A stretch of DNA of 64,000 nt from Limisphaerales bacterium (GTDB lineage Bacteria > Verrucomicrobiota > Verrucomicrobiia > Limisphaerales > UBA11358). Within the stretch, counting starts at the first letter, position 1. Each line of letters begins with the position of its first letter. Under the pieces are notes generated by a model. It did not search any database. It saw nothing but the letters and a program-made list of their open reading frames with translations, and was not told where the DNA came from. The translations under genes and the position numbers were made by a program. The DNA lies in assembly GCA_003161635.1 (NCBI GenBank), contig PMOA01000148.1, positions 26,144 to 90,143 of the forward strand. Direction: 5' to 3'. Shown one piece after another: positions 49,422 through 58,832 of the stretch.

Positions 49422-50894
49422 TTATGCCTCGCGGTCTTTGTTTTCCAGCTTCTGCCAGACCGCGCCGTAGATGGTGATGAACACAAAGCACACGAGCGGC
49501 ACCACGAAGCCGACGCGCATCGAATGAGTGTCCGCGATGTGGCCCATAAACGGCGCCGCAATTGCCCCGCCCACGATGGACATGACGATGAGCGACGAGC
49601 CGAGCTTGGTGTAGTCGCCCAGCCCGCGGATGCCCAGCGCAAAAATCGTCGGGAACATGACCGACATGAAGAAGAACGTGCCGAACAGGGCATACAAGCC
49701 CAGTTTGCCGCCGCCCATGCACACCGCCGTCAGCACCACGTTGATGACCGCGTAGACCGCGAGCACGCGGTGCGGTTTGAACTGGCTGATCACGGCGCTG
49801 CCGCACAGACGACCGAACATGAACAGCCCAAAACCGATGGCGCCCAGCCAGGTGGAGGCTTGCATTTTCGTCACGCCCGGATCGTTCTCAATGACATAAT
49901 TGACGAAGAAGCTGAAAATGCCCGTCTGCGCCGCGACGTAAAGAAATTGCGTGCCAATTCCTAGCGTAAAATGTTTGCGCCGGAACATGTCCCAGTTTTT
50001 TGAAACCAGAATGAAGGCAGCAATGTAGGCCACCACCAGCAATCCGTATTTGGTCGGCTGGAATAATGCCGGGTTCAAATTCAGCAACACCCAGATCAAT
50101 CCCAAAATCGGTGCGATAAAGAAATACAGCAGTCCACAAACAATCGCCAAAGTAACGCCGATGGTCACCAGCTGTCCGCTGGATGGCTTGAGGCGGACTT
50201 TTTGCTCGGCGGATTTCTGGCTTTCATCCTCGACGTGCAAATCCGGCACCTTGGAAACGACGAAGATGACGAGCAGCAAAGCCACAAAAATGCCGATGCC
50301 CATGTAGGGAGTGGAAAGACCGGCGTTGGCGTTCGCGCCTTCGCCGCCGGAGAAAATGAAATGTCCGCCGACAATCGGGCCGAGAATCCAGCCGCCACCG
50401 TTGATCGTTTGGGCGATATTGATGCGCGTCGCACCGCTTTCCGGCGCACCGAGAACCGTGGTGTAGGGATTGGCAATGGTTTCCAGGCAGGTCATGCCCG
50501 CAGCGATGATGAACAAGCCGAGCAGAAACGCCCAGTAGGCGCCGATGCTGGTGGCTGGAATAAACCAGAATGCACCGGCCGCAATCAACGACAGGCCGAC
50601 GAGGATGCCGCCCTTATAGCCGAATTTTCTCGCAATCAAACCGGCGGGAATCGCCATCAGGAAGTAAGCCAGATAATTGGCCGACTGCACGAGGCCGGAT
50701 TGTTCTTTATTGATGTGCAGCGAGTCCTGGAAATGCTTGTTGAGGATGTCAATCATCCCGTTGCAGAAGCCCCACAGCAGGAACAGTGAGGTGACCAGCG
50801 CAAAGGTGATGAAAAGGTTTTTGCCGTCCGCCGTGCGAAACAGGCTCCCGCCTTTGGGACCTGATGAATTAGAGGACTGGACTGGTGTAATCAT
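49422..50894 (-). CDS. fucP: MFS sugar:H+ symporter of the FucP/GluP family
   Basis: FALVTSLFLLWGFCNGMIDILNKHFQ...SANYLAYFLMAIPAGLIARKFGYKGGI. Confidence 0.8.
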   Translation of the reverse strand: MITPVQSSNSSGPKGGSLFRTADGKNLFITFALVTSLFLLWGFCNGMIDILNKHFQDSLHINKEQSGLVQSANYLAYFLMAIPAGLIARKFGYKGGILVGLSLIAAGAFWFIPATSIGAYWAFLLGLFIIAAGMTCLETIANPYTTVLGAPESGATRINIAQTINGGGWILGPIVGGHFIFSGGEGANANAGLSTPYMGIGIFVALLLVIFVVSKVPDLHVEDESQKSAEQKVRLKPSSGQLVTIGVTLAIVCGLLYFFIAPILGLIWVLLNLNPALFQPTKYGLLVVAYIAAFILVSKNWDMFRRKHFTLGIGTQFLYVAAQTGIFSFFVNYVIENDPGVTKMQASTWLGAIGFGLFMFGRLCGSAVISQFKPHRVLAVYAVINVVLTAVCMGGGKLGLYALFGTFFFMSVMFPTIFALGIRGLGDYTKLGSSLIVMSIVGGAIAAPFMGHIADTHSMRVGFVVPLVCFVFITIYGAVWQKLENKDREA

Positions 50895-50927
50895 ATTTTA
50901 TTTTTTAGTTGCTGGCTGAATCGACCG

Positions 50928-52019
50928 TCACAAAAGTTCTTTGCCAAATTTTTCGCCCACCAACCGGTGGACCTCCTTGATGTTCTCCGCCTGATCGGCG
51001 CGGCAAACTAGCGTCGCGTCCGGCGTGTGAATGATGATGAGGTCTTCGCAGCCAAGCGTGGCGATCAGATGCTGCGGATCACTGGAAGCGACCGGCGTGC
51101 GCGAAGTGCGGTGGAGCAAGTGCCGGGCAGCGCCCAAAGCATTTGCGTTTCCATCTTGCAGGCACGTTTCGGCAAAAGCGTTCCACGAGCCGACGTCCAC
51201 CCATTTCAACGGCATCGGCACGGCCAGAACCTTGACCTCCGGATCGCGAGCAGCGCGTTCCATCACCGCGAAGTCCACGCTGATTTTTTTTTGGCCGGGA
51301 TAAACTTCCGCGAGCACCCGCTGTTGTTTCGGCCCGCCCCACGCTTCGGCAATGCGCATCAAGCCCGCATGGATTTCCGGTTCGTAGCGACGGATGCAGT
51401 CAAGCAACGTCGCCGCGCGCCAGACAAACATCCCGCTGTTCCAGAGATATTTTTCGGCACCGGCAGCGAAAAATTGTTCGGCCGTGGGCGCGTCCGGCTT
51501 CTCGCGAAAACGCTCCACGGTGCGCGCCGTGCTACTGACACTCTCATCAAGCTGAAGATAGCCGTAGGCGGTAGACGCGGTGGTCGGCGTAATGCCGAAG
51601 GTGACCAGCGCTTCCGGGTGTTGCTCCACCAAGTCAAAACCCTGGGCAAACAGTTTCCGGAACTGCTCCACCGTTTCGATGATGTGATCGGCGGTGCAGA
51701 TGCCCATGATCGCCTCCGGAGCGCTCTGGTGCAGAACCGCTGCGCAGAAGCCGAGCGCGTTGACCGTATCACGGCCCATCAGTTCGCCGAGATATTGCCG
51801 GCCTGACAATTGTAAGCTGCGGGAAATGATGCCACGATGAACTTCACCCGCGCACACATAACGGTAATCGTCAGGCACGACGTTCTTGAGCCGGTCGTAG
51901 GCGATATGCAACAACGTCTGGCCGCCTTCCAGTGTCAGCAATTGCTTGGGCAACGCCGCCCGGCTCCATGGCCAGAGCTGCGTGCCCGATCCCCCGGCAA
52001 GAATGATGGCGTGAAGCAT
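50928..52019 (-). CDS. Mannose-1-phosphate guanylyltransferase-type NDP-sugar pyrophosphorylase
   Basis: AIILAGGSGTQLWPWSR, CTADHII, VTFGITPTTASTAYGYL. Confidence 0.85.
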   Translation of the reverse strand: MLHAIILAGGSGTQLWPWSRAALPKQLLTLEGGQTLLHIAYDRLKNVVPDDYRYVCAGEVHRGIISRSLQLSGRQYLGELMGRDTVNALGFCAAVLHQSAPEAIMGICTADHIIETVEQFRKLFAQGFDLVEQHPEALVTFGITPTTASTAYGYLQLDESVSSTARTVERFREKPDAPTAEQFFAAGAEKYLWNSGMFVWRAATLLDCIRRYEPEIHAGLMRIAEAWGGPKQQRVLAEVYPGQKKISVDFAVMERAARDPEVKVLAVPMPLKWVDVGSWNAFAETCLQDGNANALGAARHLLHRTSRTPVASSDPQHLIATLGCEDLIIIHTPDATLVCRADQAENIKEVHRLVGEKFGKELL

Positions 52020-52025
52020 GGATTT

Positions 52026-52415
52026 CTAGGCGCTTTCCAAAATGATATTGGCGTATTGCGTTGTGTCGCCGGTGCGAATCAAGCCGATGGCGTGCGGCAG
52101 GCGCTTTTTGAATTCCACGTGCGGTTCATGGTTCAACTCAATTCCCTGCAACATTGAGGCAAAAGCGGCGCGGGTCTTGGCGCTGTTCTGTTTCAGGAAC
52201 TCCTGCGCCATCCAGGCCTTGCCAATTTGGAAGTTGGGCCGGATGGCTGCCAATACCTGTAGCACCGTAGGCAAGTCGTCCATTACTGAAATGTCCACCG
52301 TCTCGATCATCGGCCAGAAAGGAAAGCCACGATCGGCGATGACGAGCGTGTTGGTATGGCGCACGTGGCTTAACAGCGAGTTGATTTGCGGATTGAGAAT
52401 GCCGGTTTTGAGCAT
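52026..52415 (-). CDS. fucU: RbsD/FucU-family mutarotase (L-fucose mutarotase-like)
   Basis: MLKTGILNPQINSLLSHVRHTNTLVIADRGFP. Confidence 0.8.
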   Translation of the reverse strand: MLKTGILNPQINSLLSHVRHTNTLVIADRGFPFWPMIETVDISVMDDLPTVLQVLAAIRPNFQIGKAWMAQEFLKQNSAKTRAAFASMLQGIELNHEPHVEFKKRLPHAIGLIRTGDTTQYANIILESA

Positions 52416-52428
52416 GGTTCAGATGAGG

Positions 52429-53253
52429 TTAGAAGCCGCGCAAATCGGTGCTGCTGCGTTTCGCCAAGCCAGGTGCTGACGTGCGCTTGAGCACGAGGTA
52501 TTCAATGCCGAGCTTTTCGCAATAATCGCGCTTGCCGCCCTTGTCGCCGTCTTCGTTGACGACATAGATGTCCGGTTGCAGCCGGCGGATTTCCGGGTCG
52601 GCATCTAACCAGCCGGAGCCGGTGGTGATGAGTGCCTGCTTCACATACTTGATTGAGCCGACGACGTACCGGCGTTCTTCCTGTGTCAACAGCGGATGCC
52701 CCTCGCCTTTCAGCAACTGCACGTTGGCGTCGCTGCCAAGACAAACATAAAGGTCACCATATGCGGAAGCCTCTTCGGTGAAGCGAACATGGCCGGAGTG
52801 AAACCAGTCGTAGCAACCGGTAGCGACAACCTTCTTCCGTCCGGGCGCGAACGGCATCGGGGCGGGTTCGGGGAAACCTTTCAACTCGTTCGCCGTGAAC
52901 ACGCGGTAGGTGATTTTATTGTGACGGCAAAATTGTTCGCGCGCCGAATTTCGAGCAGTTTCAATGTCGGCCCAGATATCGGGACACAGACCGAGGATTT
53001 CCGGCAGCGAATCGGGCGCAGCCTGCCCACCCAACTGGATGACACGACTGACGTAACGAACCGCATTCAAGAAATAGAATCGTTCGGCCAGTGGTAATTT
53101 GGGGGCCTTGCCGGTAAGTTGCTGGATTGCGCGGTCCATCCATAGTAGAACAGTAAGGTCGCCGAGCTTGGCGGTTTCTTCGAGAAAACGCAGGTCGCGC
53201 GCCTTAATGTCGTCGAACGCGCCGGAAACGATGACTTGCTTTGGAGAACTCAT
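52429..53253 (-). CDS. Tandem cytidylyltransferase-like (HxGH nucleotidyltransferase) protein; first domain degenerate
   Basis: Start MSSPKQVIVSG. Domain 2 has GCYDWFHSGHVRF (intact HxGH). Domain 1 has GAFDDIKARDLRF (HxGH lost). Confidence 0.7.
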   Translation of the reverse strand: MSSPKQVIVSGAFDDIKARDLRFLEETAKLGDLTVLLWMDRAIQQLTGKAPKLPLAERFYFLNAVRYVSRVIQLGGQAAPDSLPEILGLCPDIWADIETARNSAREQFCRHNKITYRVFTANELKGFPEPAPMPFAPGRKKVVATGCYDWFHSGHVRFTEEASAYGDLYVCLGSDANVQLLKGEGHPLLTQEERRYVVGSIKYVKQALITTGSGWLDADPEIRRLQPDIYVVNEDGDKGGKRDYCEKLGIEYLVLKRTSAPGLAKRSSTDLRGF

Positions 53254-54044
53254 TTTGGGGCAACCCGGACGTTGACCTTGAACCCGCCGGGGACAGGTTC
53301 GTTGGAAACCACAATCAGATAGCCGCCGCCGCAGCCGGAATACATCGCGCCCAGGTATTGCAGCTGATACGCCTTCAACAGCGCCATCAAGTCGAGGCGA
53401 ATGAGTGGATGCCGGACGACGTGCGGCAGCAGTGTCTCCCAGCATTTCATATTCAGATTGAGCGACGCGCCGAGCGCCCTCGCATCCATTTTCATAATGG
53501 CCTCATAGCAGTCCTGCCCCGACTTGCCCAGCTTGGCCACCCATTTCGGATCAAGATTCTTTTCGCCCAGCGGATTGTAGCCGTCGGGACGCGGTTCGAC
53601 GGGAATCAAATGCAAAACCCGGCTCAGCCAGCGTGCAACTTTCGCACTGTTGCACGATTCGATGTGCGACGGGAAAACGCCGCCGTGAACTTTGAAGTTG
53701 TAGTCCAGCCGGTTCACGCCGGGGTAAACCAAACCGATCATGTCCTGCGAACCGCTCGGCTCGGCTTTCCCCTTGTTTTCCACCTCGTAAAGCTCGCGCG
53801 CCATATCCTCCGGAGGGCGATTCGGGAGCTTGCCTTTCCACAGCTTCATTGCGATGGCACGCGTGCCGCTGGCGATGCCCGAGCGGTCCATCGGGCGAAA
53901 GTTCGGTTCGATTTGCACCACCACCATTGAACCGAACGTCTTGGGGTTGTGCTGCGAAACAAACGGCTGATCAATCCAACCCCCTGCAAGTTGCAGGCGA
54001 TTGGGAATGGCACCAAGATGTTTCCCGACAGGCCAGATTTTCAT
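53250..54044 (-). CDS. GHMP-kinase-like sugar kinase (fucokinase C-terminal-domain-like)
   Basis: Start MKIWPVG (TAATG overlap with the upstream gene). RSGIASGTRA (degenerate GHMP motif II) and SGCGGGYLIVV (motif III-like). Confidence 0.6.
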   Translation of the reverse strand: MKIWPVGKHLGAIPNRLQLAGGWIDQPFVSQHNPKTFGSMVVVQIEPNFRPMDRSGIASGTRAIAMKLWKGKLPNRPPEDMARELYEVENKGKAEPSGSQDMIGLVYPGVNRLDYNFKVHGGVFPSHIESCNSAKVARWLSRVLHLIPVEPRPDGYNPLGEKNLDPKWVAKLGKSGQDCYEAIMKMDARALGASLNLNMKCWETLLPHVVRHPLIRLDLMALLKAYQLQYLGAMYSGCGGGYLIVVSNEPVPGGFKVNVRVAPK

Positions 54045-55093
54045 TAGCCGATGCCCACGCGTTTGCCGGCTTTGCGGGCGTGATATTGTTCCGTGATCCA
54101 TTCGTAGGTTTCCGCCAAGCCCTTGTTCAAGGTCGTTTTCGGCTCCCACTTGAGGACCTGCTTGATGAACGTGTTGTCGGAATTGCGCCCCGCCACGCCC
54201 TGCGGCGCGTTCAGGTCGTATTTGCGGTTCATCTTCACGCCAGCAATTTTTTCGATCTTAGAAAGCAGTTCGTTGATGGAAACCAGCTCGCTGGAACCAA
54301 GATTGATCGGCGTCGCAATCAACTCGTCGCAGTGCATGATTTTGTCAATGCCCTGCACACAGTCGTCAATATACATAAAGCTGCGGGTCCGCTCGCCGGT
54401 GCCCCAGATCGTGATTTCCTTCTTGCCGGTGTCAATCGCCTCGATGACCTTGCGGCACAGCGCGGCGGGCGCTTTTTCGCGACCGCCGTCCCACGTGCCG
54501 TGCGGGCCATAGACATTATGGAAACGGGCAATCGCCGTCTTCATGCCGCGTTCGTGCCAGTATTCCTCGCAGAACATTTCAGAAATCAATTTCTCCCAGC
54601 CGTAGCCGCGTTCGGCCATCGCGGGATACGCGTCGGATTCCTTCAACGCGCGGACGTTCGGGTCCTTTTGCAGCAGCGTGTTGTAGGCGCAGGCCGAGCT
54701 GGAGAAAAAGTAGCGGCGCGCGCCGGCCTTGTAAGCGGCCTCAACCATGTTCGTGTTGATGAGAATCGAGCGCAAACATTCGACGCGGAATCGCTCGATG
54801 AAACCCATGCCACCCATGTCGGCGGCGAGGTTATAGACTTCCACCGCCCCTTCGCAAACGCGATGGCAGTTGGCCTCATTGCTGACGTCCAGGCAGAGGC
54901 TCTCGGCGCCGGGCATATGGAGATACCACTCATAGAGCGGCTTTTTGTCCACGGCACGGATGTTGGTGAAGCCCTTCTTCTTAAAATAGAGGGCGACGTT
55001 GCCGGCAATGAAACCGCCCGCGCCGGTGATGACGATCAAGTCATCCTTCTTTAGCGGGGCGTCCTTTTCCACAACTCGTTTCTTTTCTTGCAT
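54044..55093 (-). CDS. GDP-mannose 3,5-epimerase-like SDR
   Basis: ITGAGGFIAGN, NLAADMGGMGFI, FFSSSACAY, LKESDAYPA and ARFHNVYGPHGTWDGGREKAPAALCRK closely follow plant GME as I recall it. Confidence 0.8.
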   Translation of the reverse strand: MQEKKRVVEKDAPLKKDDLIVITGAGGFIAGNVALYFKKKGFTNIRAVDKKPLYEWYLHMPGAESLCLDVSNEANCHRVCEGAVEVYNLAADMGGMGFIERFRVECLRSILINTNMVEAAYKAGARRYFFSSSACAYNTLLQKDPNVRALKESDAYPAMAERGYGWEKLISEMFCEEYWHERGMKTAIARFHNVYGPHGTWDGGREKAPAALCRKVIEAIDTGKKEITIWGTGERTRSFMYIDDCVQGIDKIMHCDELIATPINLGSSELVSINELLSKIEKIAGVKMNRKYDLNAPQGVAGRNSDNTFIKQVLKWEPKTTLNKGLAETYEWITEQYHARKAGKRVGIG

Positions 55094-55232
55094 AAATTTG
55101 TTTCCGGTTTGCGTTGGTTTTGAGCGCGACGATTATCGGCATCTCAATCTCAACGCGGACAAAATACCTTCGACAGAGCAGTTCTTGAATGGCTATAGTT
55201 GGTCAGTGCATGGATATTATTGACTTACTCCA

Positions 55233-56120
55233 GTGAAATCACGGCTTGCATCAAATAAGGCAAAACAAACCACCCCGGAGTTCTTCTCCGACGACGTGGC
55301 GGAGGCGCGACGCTTTTATCTCGACCTCAATCCACCGAAGAACCAGCCGTTGGTGGTGGTCTGCGGCGGACTGGAACACTGCACACCGGACTACGCCATC
55401 CACCGCGACACATTTCCGTTTTACTCTATTGAGTATGTGGCGCGCGGAAGCGGCGAGGTAAAGCTCAAGGGTCGCGCTTATTCGCTGCAACCCGGATGCT
55501 TATTCTCCTACGGGCCAGGCACCCCGCATCACATCATAGGGAACTCGGCTGATCCGCTGGTGAAATACTTTGTGGATTTCGCCGGAACGCAAGCAACGAA
55601 TCTGCTGCGTCCCTGCGGCCTGTCGCCCGGCCGCGCTTCTGAAGTTTTTCCCGCGAACGCGTTGCAACCGCTCTTTGACGAACTCATTCAAGCCGGATTG
55701 CAGGTGCGCCGCGAGAGCGCGGTGTTGTGCGCCAAATTGCTGGAGTGCCTGGCGCTGCGGATTGCAGGGGCGAGGGAGCCGCTCGAAGGCGCGGAAACAC
55801 ACGCCTTCGCAACCTATCAGCAATGCCGCCGCCACATTGAACAGCATAGCCTGCGGTTGCGGACGTTGGAGCAGATTGCGGGCGAGTGCCATGTGAACAA
55901 CGCTTACCTCTGCCGCCTATTCCGGCGCTACGACAACCAAAGCCCCTATCAATATCTGCTCCGGCTCAAAATGAACTATTCCGCCGAACGCCTGCAACAA
56001 CCCGGCGCGCTGGTGAAACAGGTGGCGGAGGAGTCGGGTTTCGCCGACCCGTTTCACTTCTCCCGCGTATTCACTTCCGTTTTCGGGCTCTCGCCAACCG
56101 CCTTTCGCGGGCTGCGTTAG
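55233..56120 (+). CDS. AraC-family transcriptional regulator (cupin sensor + HTH)
   Basis: C-terminal LEQIAGECHVNNAYLCRLFRR...QYLLRLKMNYSAERL...VKQVAEESGFADPFHFSRVF. Confidence 0.88.
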   Translation: MKSRLASNKAKQTTPEFFSDDVAEARRFYLDLNPPKNQPLVVVCGGLEHCTPDYAIHRDTFPFYSIEYVARGSGEVKLKGRAYSLQPGCLFSYGPGTPHHIIGNSADPLVKYFVDFAGTQATNLLRPCGLSPGRASEVFPANALQPLFDELIQAGLQVRRESAVLCAKLLECLALRIAGAREPLEGAETHAFATYQQCRRHIEQHSLRLRTLEQIAGECHVNNAYLCRLFRRYDNQSPYQYLLRLKMNYSAERLQQPGALVKQVAEESGFADPFHFSRVFTSVFGLSPTAFRGLR

Positions 56121-56293
56121 GGCAGGCCCTGATGGTTGTTGGCTGCCCGTTGGTGACGCTAATGACCGTGATGGGGTTACCTCCCACGTTCAAATAGAGT
56201 TCACGGTTATGGATGACGCAAGCGGTAGAAGACCGTAAGCGTCACGCCAAGCACCACTGGTGAAGCAGATCATAAAGGTCGTAGCATTATGCT

Positions 56294-57250
56294 ATGACGA
56301 ATACGACGAAGAACGTTGAAACGGTGATCAAGACAGACGATTGGGGGCGGATGCAGACGCCGGCGAAACGGCGCGAGCGCTTGCTGGACGAGTTTGAACG
56401 CAGTAGTTTAAGCGGAGCAAAGTTCGCGGCTGCCTTGCCCGGATTTTTTCCATGTGCGCCTCGGATTTCGCCGGCATTTCCGAGTTGCTCGGGGAACTGC
56501 ATTCAAGACCGTTTCCGCTACCGCGACGCCCTCAGCCTGGGGAATTATAGTTGTCGCTGACGGGGGCGGTGAAAGCCGATGACCTCGAAGCCCAAGTGCG
56601 TGCCATAACACGTGTGAAAAACATGTCGGCTTCAGCGCGGCTCCTGGAGATCAGCCACCAGGGCCAGCGCTATGTGATCACCAGTGGCCCGTGACGGCAA
56701 CAATGGGATCAGGATCGTCGGCCAAAGCCGGATCGCCAAGGCCGCAGCGGAGTTGCAGCGCCTGGCGGCGGTCAAGCGCAAGCAAGTCGACCCGCAAAAG
56801 CTCGCCAGCCAAGTGGGTCGCAGTCTGCAACGGCTCAAGGCCCACAAGTATTTACTGCACACCAATGAACCAGTTGAACGCTGCACGGGAGAGCAGGTCT
56901 TGGCGCACTACAAAGGGTTGCTGGACGTAGAGGAAGCGTTCTGCGAACTCAAGAGCTATCTGGAAGTCCGCCCCGTGCATCACCGCCGGCCCGATCGGGT
57001 CGTCAACCACGTGCGCCTGTGTTTTTTGGCTTTTTGGTTGAGCGCACGTTTGGGCGAGGAATGGCGTGCCAAGGGCGAGACCGAAGAAGTGCCGCGCATC
57101 TTGCGCCACCTCCAAACCATCCGGCTGGGCTCGTTGCGGCTGGGCCAGTGTGCTCAGCGCACGTTGATGACCCAAATCCCCAAGCCGCTGAACGAACAAT
57201 TACAGAAATTGGGCCTGACTTCCTTCTTCGCCACACCGCCAAAAGCTTAG
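56294..57250 (+). mobile_element. Insertion-sequence debris: truncated orfA-like HTH fragment + frameshifted IS1634/IS4-family transposase C-terminus
   Basis: RRERLLDEFERSSLSGAKFAA (56294-56440). ...LLEISHQGQRYVITSGP / ...YKGLLDVEEAFCELKSYLEVRPVHHRRPDRVVNHVRLCFLAFWL (56590-57250). Confidence 0.6.
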
Positions 57251-57257
57251 GCCTGTA

Positions 57258-57302
57258 GCCCGAAGAAACCGAGATTACCTCGGTTTCTTCGGGCTTTTCG
57301 TT
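57258..57302 (+). terminator. Rho-independent terminator
   Basis: 16-bp perfect stem gcccgaagaaaccgag / ctcggtttcttcgggc, 5-nt loop, then ttttcgtt. Confidence 0.65.
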
Positions 57303-57568
57303 CCATCTGATCGGAAGTTAGCACCAGAAGACTCCCTCCCTTTCGAAGCCTCGTTCCATCGGTCGATCCCTCGCGAGTGACACGGCACCTCCTATGACAT
57401 CCTTATTCCCTTGGAACAATTTACATCGATGCGCCCGATCATCACGAGCCCTCTGAGAAACCTGGCGTCCACTTGTTCTCGGTCTTTTTGGGTTGCGGCA
57501 CATTGGAAAACCAAGCACAGCGAGGATGGTGAAAAGCACACGGAAGAGCGAACGATCTCGACACGCCT

Positions 57569-58828
57569 TTAGCGTGCTTGCCACACCGCCACCGGCCATG
57601 TGTAGCTCCCGGGTTTGATCGTCAAGGTCACTTTCCTGTCACCTCCAGCCCCCATCGTTACGACTCCAGGTGCCAGTTCGCGCATGATCTTAAGGCGGCT
57701 CCAGCCCATCAAATGAACCAGCGCAGCAGCTGTCGCCCCGCCTTCGACATAGATTGTGTTTAACTTCTCTCGTTCCATTACCCTCATGACCATGTCGATC
57801 AGGTGCTTCCCTAGTCGCTGGCTCGCATCTACCTCCTGAACCCACGGCTTATCGATGGCCACGACCACCTGCGAATGCCGCTTCAACGCATTGATGACGT
57901 CCTCTGCCCAACCGCGCACTTGCCTTTCGGCGGTGCCGGCACCTCGCATCAGGTCCGGAGGCAGACCCAGAACGGGTAGGCCGCGCTTTCGGCATTCGCT
58001 GAGAAACCCCATTGCTGAACTCGCAGCGCTGCCGCACACGAATATCGACCTGCTCGGAGAGTCCATCCCCGGTTGAATGGCCACTGACAATTCAGAGCTT
58101 CGCGATGCTTTCATTCGGATTGGATTCGGATCTAGAGCGTCGAAGGCCGGAGCGTCTCCTTCATCCACCTCGTCCGATCGCACCGTCTTGGAGCGCAGCT
58201 TGTGCCCGTTTGTTTCAAGAATGGCTGAAAAGAATTCCGCGCCTCCTACGGGCAAAATCGTCTCATCCAGCTTTGCGGCCCAGGATACTAAATCTGCCCT
58301 GCTGCCAACCTCGCCAACAACGATTCCGCGCGGCGGCAAGGCCTGATCCGGCCGGCAAACAAACACCGGCTCGGATCCTCTCGGCCCCAACATTTCGAGG
58401 ACGTGCGATGAAACGCGTGGATGGTGGGGATCATTCCTGAAATCCGTCTCGTTGATTGGCTTCCCGGCGACGAAGTAATGCCCGTCCCGGATCACCCGCC
58501 CCAACCCGGGGTTCGCCGGTACCACCAAGGCTCGGTTTAGCCGTAGCGCCGCCAGCACCGCTTCCAATTCCGCCAGCACCGGCCCACGCAGCACGGAATC
58601 AACCTTTTTGTAGATCCACCCTTGCTTTCGGAGCGGCGTAGCCACCCATTTGACCCGCCGCGCCGCCTCGTCACCGGAACACCCGCGGGTATCGGTATCG
58701 ATCGCGACCACTTCGGCGTTGAAGACCTGAGTGGGGGCGGTGTGGACCTCGCTGCTAAGTCCGTAACGCCAAGCCACTCCGCCCACTTCAGCGGCGCCAG
58801 TCAAGTCATCGGCCATCACTCCAATCAT
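57569..58828 (-). CDS. Four-carbon acid-sugar kinase (DUF1537 family; OtnK/DtnK-like)
   Basis: MIGVMADDLTGAAEVGG N-terminus. About 420 aa. Confidence 0.82.
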   Translation of the reverse strand: MIGVMADDLTGAAEVGGVAWRYGLSSEVHTAPTQVFNAEVVAIDTDTRGCSGDEAARRVKWVATPLRKQGWIYKKVDSVLRGPVLAELEAVLAALRLNRALVVPANPGLGRVIRDGHYFVAGKPINETDFRNDPHHPRVSSHVLEMLGPRGSEPVFVCRPDQALPPRGIVVGEVGSRADLVSWAAKLDETILPVGGAEFFSAILETNGHKLRSKTVRSDEVDEGDAPAFDALDPNPIRMKASRSSELSVAIQPGMDSPSRSIFVCGSAASSAMGFLSECRKRGLPVLGLPPDLMRGAGTAERQVRGWAEDVINALKRHSQVVVAIDKPWVQEVDASQRLGKHLIDMVMRVMEREKLNTIYVEGGATAAALVHLMGWSRLKIMRELAPGVVTMGAGGDRKVTLTIKPGSYTWPVAVWQAR

Positions 58829-58832
58829 AATC

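Noticed and set aside
53849-55054. 401-aa + strand ORF
   Set aside because: Antisense to the GDP-mannose 3,5-epimerase-like and kinase genes, which have clear family motifs.
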